A stretch of DNA of 60,731 nucleotides, the filler included, from Dimargaris cristalligena (taxonomy: Eukaryota), in the NCBI GenBank assembly GCA_003614675.1. It is 5 parts of 5 records of this genome, joined end to end, with 100 filler letters (N's around TTAATTAATTAA, not from the genome) between each part and the next. Parts side by side here need not be neighbours in the genome. Positions count along the whole stretch, not along the records: positions 48,685 to 60,731 come from ML003060.1; 4 more parts are not named here. One strand, given 5' to 3'. Within the stretch, counting starts at the first letter, position 1. The number at the start of each line of letters is the position of its first letter. Positions 50,169 to 60,731 of this stretch are shown piece by piece. The notes beneath the pieces were generated by a model. The model did not search any database, had not been told where the DNA came from, and was given only the letters and a program-made list of their open reading frames with translations. The position numbers and the translations under genes were made by a program.

Positions 50169-51712
50169 TCAGCATGTAACCATCATGGCTCCTCCAGTAC
50201 CTAACTCTGATGACGGGAGTGTAGGACCATTTTGTGTGGAACATTTTGCACCATACCCCAGTTTGACCTCCGAGCACAGTTCCGATCCAATCTGACTAGC
50301 CAAAGAACCATTTCCCAAGTTCTCCATGTTTTGCCCAAGCACCTTGAGCCCTCCAAACCCAACGTCCAGTGACCCTGCCAACCCTGGGGAGGACAAGGGG
50401 CCCAGCCCCAGCCCTAGTCCCAGAAGGGAGGGGCCTCAAACCACTGGCCCAACACCTGTCGGGGTATTAATCTCAGCCAACATAGGAAATTTCCCATATA
50501 TCTGACAACTTCCACTATTGCAAGGCAGCCTAAGGCTACACCATAAAATATAAAACAATTAGCTTTACCAACTCTCACCTATATTACGGAATATGTGCAC
50601 CTTAAATCCTTTATTTATGATTCATTAATTTTAAATAATGCTATTCATGTAGTCGGTAATGGTATCCTCAAATGCCTTTTTCATCCCATTAAGAGTGTCA
50701 AAGACGGGCATATAGCTAATTCGAATACGCTTTGAATGGATAAATATACTATTATCAAATTTATTGCATTGGTAGCCAAGCTCATTGGTAAAAAAATGCG
50801 CAACAACAGTTTTGTCATCATTATTCATATCGAGGGCATAGATAAGAGAGGGCGACTGCAGTCGGTTGAATTTAGTTTTAAAGAAAGTGTTTACTTTCTG
50901 TTCAAATGTCCTGATGCCTAAAGCTCTACTATCTATGACTGGAGCGTCCGTAAGTAGTCGACGATGAAATATAGAACTGCTGAATTGACCTACAGTTTTC
51001 CGAATTTTGGCCTGCATGTTCTTCCGAATATAATGGGTAAACCCATTTGGGAAGGCAACTAAAGATAGTTCACCACACAGCGGAGTCCTTTCCGTTGATA
51101 ATGGTGGTGGTATAATAGTAGAAGCGCGCTTTGGTTTGGAAGCTTGGTCAAAGTCGTCGGGGGCAGGGCGCTTAAGAGTACTTTGTACGCTGGTCAGCTG
51201 GTTCACTACGGATGGAGGTTGTAATGGTTCTACGCTATTTCTACCTTGGATACTGTTCGGCCCATTGTATGAATATTTATAATCCGAGTCATCGGAGTTA
51301 GAGAAGGGGAAGGGATCCATAGGATAAAATGGCGAGGAAAAGGAGCTGTCTTGGGTTTTCCCAAATGATGTAGTTAAGTCATCCCCACCCCGTGCATTGC
51401 TTCTAGTTCCTGGATTCTGTTGTTGGGAATAGCATCAGACACTCTGCCCTCCGGTGGAAAATTGGGAGATGGAGGTAGTAATGTTTGGCCTAGCATAGAG
51501 TTCAGGCTAAAACGGTGGCTCTCATGGTCCACTTGAGGTACACGGGATTTACTTAGAGACTGGACCCTAGGAGTGGGGTCCTTCGTTGGATGAATATCGC
51601 CGGCACTGGATTCGGTCAAACCATTAGTATTCTGAGGGGTTGGTGCTATACTCACCGGAGGCCAAAATGGGAATGACAAGCGACAGCAGGCAAAATGTGG
51701 TGATAATGACAC
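50169..51712 (-). pseudogene. Orphan gene or pseudogene in three collinear pieces (51374-51712, 50631-51320, 50169-~50535)
   Basis: Same-strand protein-like ORFs. The first two frames overlap with a 1-nt shift, and a CTAAT..TAG acceptor precedes the third, which has an in-frame TGA. No family confidently recognised. Confidence 0.35.
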
Positions 51713-53935
51713 GGGGTAGTTTACTGGCTGACATTCTGCAGTGTAGAAGGCTCGGTAAGTTGGCGGGCTGGGGGATACGGGGTTAAGTGGAGGTTATGTG
51801 GTCTAAGAGTGGAGTTTTCGCAGGTATAGCAGTGAAAATGTAAGCTTGGTGGGGGAATAGCAGAGTAAAACCGGAGTGGAGTATTGATGGAGAGGGGCAG
51901 ATATATACACACACATATATATATATATATAAGCTAGATTTGGCATAAACCAGCGGGAACGAAATAAGGGACGAGTAGGTCCCACATGCATTCAACTCAT
52001 CATAGAATATTCACACATTCGTAGGGTATTGTGGCTGGTGATATCCATTGGTGGCTTTCTATTTGGGGCCTCCCCATTCCACATGGGCCGTCTGCATTAG
52101 GGGGATTTGTCTCCGTCCCTCCATGACTATCACAGCGTAAAGCAGTGGGCTAACCAATTGGTGTTTCCTAAACTCAACTTATATTTCTTACTCCATGAAA
52201 AAATTCATCTGGGTCTATAGTGGCAAAGGAAGCTTACACAGCCCCACATCTAATCGTAGCCGTGTGATTCGTGGGAGAAAGTGATCGGGAGTTCGATGGG
52301 ACCCACCATCCCACTGGCCTCGCTTTGCGGGGCACACTCCGTGGTTAACTAGGCCACAGCAATATGGATGAACAGAGGTTTCGCCAATTTTGCATTGGGT
52401 GTGAACGGGTGCTTAGTTGTGCCGGTGGATATATAGGCGAGACGAGGTAGGTTACATATAGGCTAAAATAGCAGCACCCATATTCCACGGCATTGACCAG
52501 TTTGGTTTACACTGGAGCGATTGCCAGTATTATTTGCGATACAATTACAGTTGGGTTACGAGGAGACTGTAATAATATTCGATTAGTAAAAGGGAATACT
52601 AGTGTTTAAAATAATTGGCACTGGCTAGGCAGAGCAAATATATAATGTTTTAGCATTGTATAAAAACCCGGAGCCTTAGGTAAAGAGTTATTGGTAAGAC
52701 CCGTGACATAGGCCTACTGAGCACCTTTACCAAAGTGTAACACAAAATTGGGGGGTGTCGTAGTTAGTTTCCCAATATTTGTACTGGTAAAGTAAGCCAT
52801 GTCCAATCTCGGGTCCACGCCGTTGGACTAAAAAGGCCAACTACCACCCATGTGGTGGAGTACAGTCATAAGTGTCGATAGTAATTTTGAGGCGCCCATA
52901 CCGGGGTGGACCGGTAAGGACGGGGGTTGTTGCATTATAGGGTAGTCGGCATTCCCAACAGTGGGACCACTCACACCGCTAGGTTAGCGAAATTTTGAGA
53001 ATGGGCCCTTCCGGATTTTGCACGTATCTTTTTTTTAAAAAAATAGTATAATGGATTAGGCGCAATAGTCGGTGTTTTGGGCGAAAATAAAAGAAAAAAA
53101 TTGAACTCGCCAATAATAAATGGTGGGGCTGAATAATATTAATGGGGTACTTGCCTTTGCCCTCGCCTGAAACATATCCGATCCCAAGCTCGGTGGAACT
53201 GTAGAATATATATATATATAATGTAAAAATAAGGAATGGTAAACACTGGGTACTCCCAATTCGGCACCGCTAGCTGTACTCGTTCGGGCAAAGTTGGGTG
53301 AAACTGTTTTATAATATGAAACTGTTAGAATTAATAAAAGGCAAATAAAGCGATAGGAAATGTTTCGATGGATGGATAAAAAAGATAATGGACCATATGT
53401 AATTAAACCAGCTACAATAGACGATTGGCCAGACTCGTCACTATTTTCTGATAAAATATATTAATATGAGGAGACTGATCAACTAATAACAAATATTTGA
53501 TGAATATTGGGTTTTACGGGGTATCATAAATGTATGACTATAGAAACGGTGCTTTCCGTTGATATTAGAACCACCGCCAATAAAGGAACCGGGTACTCTA
53601 TAAATTTTTTTCTCTCCTGCACTTTATAACAATACAACTACTTCAAGATACGAGAATGGGCGCGTTAATCATTGGTAGGTTGAACATTCGGTTTTGGTGT
53701 ATAAAAAAATCAAAGTATTTTATTTATATTAGATAGGCTAGATATTCGATAGTTATATAGTGCCAAATTGAAGCAATGGTGGAAAAAAACGGATAATATA
53801 TATATGAAAACAAACCACATGGATGGTTAAAAATATGTGAATATATATATATATATGGCTACAGTCCCAAACAGAACACACGGTGTAATATTTTATAAAT
53901 ACATAATATATATAATTGACTGATCATGTAATTAA

Positions 53936-54826
53936 CTACTGGAGTTGAGTATTCCCTGCCAGACGAGCAGCCTTAAGTCTCGCAACCCGCCGTATCACTG
54001 CGTCGATTTCGGCCTGCGTAACAGGCCCTTGACCAGGTGGCGGCGGCCGATTATTCCCCCAGTACAGCTGCCGGCGCTCTCGACTGAGCTCTAAGCAGCG
54101 CTCGGACGGTTCGGCCGGTAAATGTTTTGCGGCCCGAGTTTTTATCGCGCTTAGGCGTTCGGCGAGCGCCCCCAGCCGTTCTTCTATGGGCGCAATAGTC
54201 TGGCTAGGGGGACTAGCCCACTTCACCCGACCGGTCGGTGGGGCAGTAGCGGGAGTCGAATCCGGGGTTGGGGTCTGGGCGATGGAGGGGATAGGGGTGA
54301 GGGCGAAAGTGGAAGTCGAAGTAAAAGCGGAGGCTGAGTCGGAGTTAGCGGATTGCGTCAAAACGGGTCGAATCTCGACGTATATTGTGGCGAAGGAAAG
54401 GGGAGGCGGAAGCAGGGCCTCAATATCGATACCCTGGTCATCGATTTCCTCGACCGTCTCGGATGGGATCCAGGTAGTAAAGTCCAACGCCAGATCGGGC
54501 GTCGGCACCTGTGCGTTGGCGAAATAGTCGTATTGGGGGCGACGTATCGGTGAAGCGTCACCGGACTTGAGAGCTTTGTCTGTGGCCGTTTTCGTAGTCG
54601 GCACCACCTCGACCATGGTCATCGCTGTCGACATGGTCGAAATAGACTGCGACAAGTCAACGGACTTGTCGTTGGAGTATCGACCGATTCCCGGCCAGAC
54701 AGCGCGATCCACACTCAGTTCCGCCTCGGACTTAGTCGCCGTCGGGTTCAGCTTACGCCCCAGCTTCACCAGGGTGGAGAGAGGGTTGGCACGGCGAACC
54801 AAAATCCAGAGACGAGGGAAGGGCAT
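53936..54826 (-). CDS. Hypothetical protein, 296 aa, Pro/Thr/Ser-rich
   Basis: A long GC-rich ORF with AAAATG start, flanked by AT-rich DNA. No recognised domain. Confidence 0.65.
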   Translation of the reverse strand: MPFPRLWILVRRANPLSTLVKLGRKLNPTATKSEAELSVDRAVWPGIGRYSNDKSVDLSQSISTMSTAMTMVEVVPTTKTATDKALKSGDASPIRRPQYDYFANAQVPTPDLALDFTTWIPSETVEEIDDQGIDIEALLPPPLSFATIYVEIRPVLTQSANSDSASAFTSTSTFALTPIPSIAQTPTPDSTPATAPPTGRVKWASPPSQTIAPIEERLGALAERLSAIKTRAAKHLPAEPSERCLELSRERRQLYWGNNRPPPPGQGPVTQAEIDAVIRRVARLKAARLAGNTQLQ

Positions 54827-56975
54827 TTTTGTAATATTAATATATTATGGTGTAAAGGTGGGATAAATGTAATTAGTGATTGAGGGGTGGGGTGGAGAAG
54901 GGAGCGGAGGGGAGGGTAAGTAGGAGAACTCGAGTAAACGAGCAGATTGTAATAAAATGGGTGATGTATGAAGATTTTACTTTTGAGCGGAGCACCCGGT
55001 TAATATATATGTACATTGCCAATGTTAATTCGGTAGACCTCTTTAGAAGATATGAAGAGGCCCCCGGCGTAAAAACCAAAACAAACGCGAATGCCGTGTG
55101 AGCTGCATGACTGCTATGAGTCTTTATCTACGACCAAGCATCTCGTTGAGATTTCGAAAGGGGAGACCGCTGCACGCTAAGCTGATCCTCAACTGCCGTA
55201 CAGCTACATCCATTGGCCTCGGATGAAGCAACTGGTAGTTGTTTTTACATGACTCGGGGGTCTAGCCGCTGAATAGCAAATGTAAGCCAAGTATAGCGTG
55301 CTAGCGGCTGGGGAGCGAGTGGGCCGCCAACCCCTGGTCAATACCGAAAGAGCCCCTAGTTTCTTCACTCTATTTGGTTTAATGAGCAGGTTAGAAAAAT
55401 AGATAAGGCAAGGAAGTTTTACGCAGCAAAGCACGCCTGCCCTCATCCGATATAGTCTCCATCCGGTCGGGCCGTCGCCGGCTTTCTGATCTCACTTCGT
55501 CCATAGATGCGCCCTGTAATACTTCATCATTGGGTCATGCATCTACCATCAGCGACATGGGGGAAGTATGGGTGGTTGGTTGGGCCCGGAATGCCGCTTG
55601 GTCTAGTAATGGAAAGCACTATATTCGAATCCACCCCCGCTTACATAGATGGTTGGATCGAGTAGGGAAAAACTGATATTGTGTTTTAGATCCGAGATAT
55701 ATAGGCTAAGAGTGTAAATCTTATGGGAACTTACGATAGTTGATCGCTATGACAGTTTAGGTAGACCTCCGTGACTAAAAAGGGGACCAGATTCAGACTG
55801 CTTTAGTATGATATATCTACGGTGGTTTATGTGGGCCGTACATTCTATATTCGTTATTCTGCATCCACAGCCTAACCATATCTCACTAGCAATTTCTCTA
55901 CAGCTATACTAAACACCCGGTGGAGACCCTCCGACTATTTTTAACGGTAGTTTTAAGTTAACCGGCGGCATGGCTAAGGTTCTACCGGGGGAGGGGTCTA
56001 TTGTTCACATTAATCGGGTTGAACTCTGAATATTTGCATCGAATCCTTAGATATCAGCATCGGTTGAATATCTCTACTCTTGCTGTTCAATTGGCTAGTA
56101 CACAATATATATTATATCTACCACAGCCATAGACATTATATTGTGTAAAGCCTCTCGATTCACACCAATCCCAGCGACATGCACTCGAATAAAGGAGCGT
56201 TGCTTTAAGCCAACAGCCTGCACTTTTCGACTTGCATATTGGTACCCAATGGGCGGCATGTATCTTTATGCAATCCTCTGTTCATGTAAAGCAATAGTTA
56301 GGGCGGGAGTGTATATGTTAGCCCACCCACGAAGTCTGCCCCCTCGAGGCACGGGATTCTCCCGTCCACCTCTCCCTCCCTCCCCCACGCCTAGCTGGAT
56401 GCTACCAACACACCTACTATTCAGTAGTGAGCCCAGTAACTGTTTAAAGCTCCAAATATACTACGGGAAGCGACACATTTAATTGACTAAAGAGGTTGAC
56501 ATCTAATAATGTAAGTCAGCTTTAGAAAAGAACCCCCCCCAATGGACGTGGTAAGACTGGGGCACTGTCCGAAGGTTATCGACCATCGATTTCATGTAAA
56601 AAAAATATACAATTAAAATATCGACCAACAACAAAGAAAAACGTATATAAAAATGGAAGGGGGTATTTGTCTATTATATTTTCCCCATCGGAACATCCAT
56701 CTCTTGAACTTTAATGGAATCAGTCAAACGACGCTTAGACGGCCAACGAAATGGCCAAAGGAAACCCTGAGGCAAGTGGTACGAGTCGGAGAAGGGTGGA
56801 AATTTGCAAGTACATTGGGGAAAAAAATAGTAGCGCGCGGGTGGTGTAAACTGCCCCCTGCTCCTACAAAGTGTTTATAAATCTTGGTTTTTGGTTTGTT
56901 GTTTACTTACTTTTCGACTTTATTATAAATGACTGGAAGTCATCTAAACACAAAATTATTGAACTTCCCAACAGC

Positions 56976-57843
56976 CTATTTATTCCGCCTATTGAGTTGA
57001 GCCTCCAATTGAATAGCTAACTTGGCCATTATTGCGGAGTTGGCCACAATCAGGTCGTTGACGCGGACGGCTGTTTTAATAAGCTTCCAGACGGCCTGAT
57101 TACTGGGGGCCTCAAGTCTATTGACGGGGTTTCGTTCGATTTTCCAACAAGCATTCTCATAATAGTCCCTATCTCGGCCAATGCCGCCTATGGTCAGATT
57201 GACTTGTTGTCGGCACGGGAGTGAGGCCAGGGATGAGGTCGGGGTGTTTTCCATTGCGGCGAAGTAGATGATAGCTTGTTTAGGTGAAAGAAAGCTGACC
57301 TCCAATTTAGGCAAACCCCGAGAGCTCATTGGGAGTTTCTGGGCTAATTGGGACCATCCGTCTATGGCTATTTGATTCATGGCACTTAGGAACCTCGAGG
57401 CCCCCTCAAAAATCTGGATATTCGGGGACAATTCATTGAAACCCTGAGGTTCCAAGGGACCCATGCCATCAAGCCGATCATATATTTGATAAATACCGGC
57501 ATCGTCTCCAACATCGAGTTGGGTCCACTTTAGAGTTGACCACTTGATGGATATCCTCAACGGCTTGGCCCAGTTGGTTAGCATAGGGCTCCATGGTTCC
57601 GACCAGCCTGGTCACACTGGCTTGGAATTGAACTGGAGGCATGTTGTTCTTTTTAGCGAGGAGGGTACTTAGGAGGCCCCATGCTGAATGGTATGATTTT
57701 TAGGAACCTTCCATTGTGGTGTAAAACTGGCTGATCGAGGGCATCAATGGGAAGTGTGTAATATCCTGAATCGGCATGGCAAAGGTGGCCATCATGATGA
57801 CTAAGCCGCTGAGGGAAATGGGTTTAATCAAGAGTCTGTGCAT
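56976..57843 (-). pseudogene. Disrupted secreted-protein gene
   Basis: ATG 57843 gives MHRLLIKPISLSGLVIMMATFAMP (signal-like). After a TAA at 57700-02 the frame continues (..MEPYANQLGQAVEDIHQVVNSKVDPT) and then shifts near 57520 into the 202-aa ORF ending at 56976. Confidence 0.55.
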
Positions 57844-60491
57844 AGTGAGACAACAGTACTGAAACAGGGGAGCTGATGGTTGGTTAAACAAATTGGAGTC
57901 TCCCGAAAACCAAAAGGGACTGGAGGAAAATTATAAGGAACCAATATTTGATGCAAAGGTAAAGCAGATTTTTTTATATCCACCAAATTTGGAAAAACAT
58001 CTATTACTAGTGGTAGGGCAATTAACTACAGGAAGCAGGGCAAAGTGCTGTAGTTTATACTTGTAAGGGTTAGTTATATATGATAAGAAACCACACAATG
58101 AATATATATGAAATTACCTGCAAAGTATAAAATGTAGATAGCTGAAGGGGGGAAGAGGGGAGGAGGGAAGTGACAGAAGTCTGGCCAAGGGGTGGTAGAA
58201 CATCTACCTAGCCTGGCCATTGGGTTTATTATATATACCTTGGGACTGGAAATAATACCCCAACCACTCCTCAAATGGTACACAACACTTCAGTTGTGTT
58301 AGGGAAAACTACCCAAAGAGGTTCTCTCTGCACTTAGGTTTAGGTCACTACCATCAAAGAAGCTATTCTACACACCCTTCTCAGCCATTGGCTATAATCC
58401 TGGCTGAAAACTGCAAAAGATAATTCCAGTATATTAGGCATATGGTAACCCCATATATATGGCACCCATCATACTTAATAGCCTACCTGGCCAAAAGAGT
58501 TAGTGTAACAACTAAGAGAATGGTCAGATGTGCCTGTCACCTGAATTAACCACTCTTAGTCCATCAAGAGTCTTGGGGATAGGCTTTTAATGGTAGGTGG
58601 GGCTTAGACTCAGCCAAGCAGGCTACTAGCATTAGGATGGGGTACTGTACTAGCCAATAAAGGATAAGTGCAGGTATATGTAAGGGACATGCAGTGGGTA
58701 CACTTATTAGTCAATATAGGGGGAGTAAGTATATATAGAGTTTATTGAGGTAAACTGGGGGGGTATGAATAAGCTAAGGAATTGAACTGGTCCATGATGG
58801 GGCTTAGTTACATATATACAGGGACAGCTCCAGAGGGAGGTCCCAAGGGGAGATACTACTAAACTATGGTATAGACTGACCAGATGGCTTTGTATCTGGA
58901 AGACTCTTATGGGAACTGGAAGAGTCTTTGAATCAGCAGATTGAGTATTTTGTGCAAAGCATTGGAGCTGGATGGAGAAGGGTTATATAATAAATGATGG
59001 TCCCATAGTACTGGGGGTGACTATGGGAGGTTTAGTATGGCACTATAAGGCCTAATGAGGGTGGACAATCATTGAGTCTGGATTTAGGTTGGGTTAGGAG
59101 GGCCGACAGTGCCCTTATTAGTTGTTTTCAAAACTACCAGCCCTCGTCTCCCATAGTTCTGGGTGGTTTCTTTATAGTATTACTATTTAATAACCCATTT
59201 ATATGCTATCCCATTTGACCCCAATTGGCATGCAACATTTTTTTACCACTTTTTATTGGGGTTCACCTATGACGCATATTATTTAATTACATTAAAATAA
59301 CACCAAGAAACATACAATTACCTAAGGGTTATATTGGTAAATATGTCCCGGGTTCAAAAAGGTCAAACTCCGTCACATGCTCTGCGCAATGAAATATCCA
59401 TCAATAGATCGGCATTGTCTGTCAGTAGCACAGTAAAACTTTATAATGCACTTAAAAGAACCCGACAGGGATACTCAGAGTGCTTTAATTTAGGCCCCTA
59501 AACTCTTATCGAAATTGGCGAGAATGGGCAATGCACTTTAAAAAAATCAGCAGAGGGTAGTTCTTGAAAGAAAGTGTGATCTTTCTTATCTGGAGCGGTT
59601 TATTTCTAAACCTTGTAGCTGTTTATGAAGGGCCGTTTTACATATTTGAATCGGTTATTGAACTTTTTTTAGTCATTTCGTATTATTATTATCACAATAA
59701 ATTGGTTATTTTAGGACCATTTGCTTTACAATTGCTTACTGAATTAGATAAAACGGCTTTTCCGTGTTATGTATTAGGGGGGGGGTACCATCTGCCTGTA
59801 ACAAGCGATTGGGCGACGCCAAGATCCACCAATGCATCTACCAACTATTACCTTAATATACTCGTTACCCAGACCGTAGCTTAACACCTTCCGTTTGCTT
59901 ACTTCATGTGGTGGATTTTGCGTAATCGCATAGGATCCAAAATGTTATTTGTAAGACACATTGCATTATTTGCTTGGATAAACAAAACCGACAATAGAAT
60001 AATGGCATTCTCTACAGCTAGGTTTAACCTTGTATAACTTTAAAGGGCGTGATAGCTCCGTGTAAGCCATTTAATACCTATCATTTTAAGACGCCAAAAT
60101 CTCCTCATTATCTCTTGCTCCCCACACCGGGACTGTGGCCAATCATAAATATCCAAAGGCCATTGTCCTTATGGGAGCATCAGCAATATAAATACCCTAA
60201 AGCTGGTTGAAACTGATCATGTTTCAGTGATAGATCCAACGGACAGTTGACAATCGACTAGACATATCAATGAATTAATATCGGCATACAAGTCCACCAA
60301 TGTTTATTTATTATATAAACATAAACATAAACATTGGCCGTAGAATACCCCTAAATAGCAAAATGACGTTTCTCAGATTGCAGGACGAAGGAGTGCCAGG
60401 GTCTGTGCGCAGAGTGACTGCAACCGTTGGCGCAATAATGTATTCCCCACTGAAACATGAATCATGGGGAAAAAACAACCCAAACGAAAAT

Positions 60492-60731
60492 CTACTGGGC
60501 CGCCAACTGTTCTTGAATTCGGGCCATAGTAGCCTCCCGCATTTCCGTGAGCTCCTTGTAGCGGGCCTGTAAATCACCGGCGTGCCGCTTAGTTTGTTGT
60601 AGAAGGCGCTCGGCCGATTCGAGACGAGTGGGCAGAGCAATGGCCGATTCGTTCTGGGCCAGGGTTTCGAAACAGACCTGATCGATACGGTTCTGCTGAA
60701 TAGCATCAGTGAGTCCTGCAATCTGAGAAAC
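60492..60731 (-). CDS. CEF1: C-terminal fragment of pre-mRNA splicing factor Cef1/CDC5L (79 aa, 5' partial)
   Basis: A frame not listed in the ORF track reads VSQIAGLTDAIQQNRIDQVCFETLAQNESAIALPTRLESAERLLQQTKRHAGDLQARYKELTEMREATMARIQEQLAAQ*. This resembles the CDC5L tail (F..L...E..AIP.RLE....ELQ.RY..L). Confidence 0.65.
   Translation of the reverse strand, partial: VSQIAGLTDAIQQNRIDQVCFETLAQNESAIALPTRLESAERLLQQTKRHAGDLQARYKELTEMREATMARIQEQLAAQ

Noticed and set aside
60311-60721. 136-aa minus-strand ORF in the track
   Set aside because: Wrong frame; the overlapping frame 60731-60492 gives the CEF1-like peptide.

Overview
Eukaryotic, fungal-type genomic DNA. It has GT-AG introns with GTAAGT donors, GC-rich exons and strongly divergent rDNA; an early-diverging fungal lineage is plausible but cannot be proven from this window. 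The window is five unrelated ~12 kb contigs joined by artificial 100-nt N/TTAATTAATTAA spacers. Contig 1 (1-12091): intron-containing UGP1 and NatB auxiliary subunit MDM20/NAA25, both on the minus strand. Contig 2 (12192-24276): a near-complete rDNA unit (IGS, 18S, ITS1, 5.8S, ITS2, 28S, IGS repeats) whose 28S carries two group I introns. One is an ORF-less IE-type intron at L1923. The other is an IC1-like intron at L2584 carrying an intact, sense-strand His-Cys box homing endonuclease gene inside the P1 loop; the gene is closed off by a 13-bp long-range stem and followed immediately by AATAAA. This is the most interesting element in the window. Contig 3: a ~230-bp foldback element, a small secreted-protein candidate, a PTS2 thiolase and a 9-exon SSADH with a GC-AG intron and a 12-nt micro-exon. 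Contig 4: decayed secreted-protein pseudogene(s), NPR3 and HIR1, whose 3' end is inverted at the contig end (probable chimera). Contig 5: orphan ORFs and pseudogenes, a 1.2-kb CpG-free tract and an inverted CEF1/CDC5L 3' fragment. All gene names rest on recognised protein motifs, not database searches.
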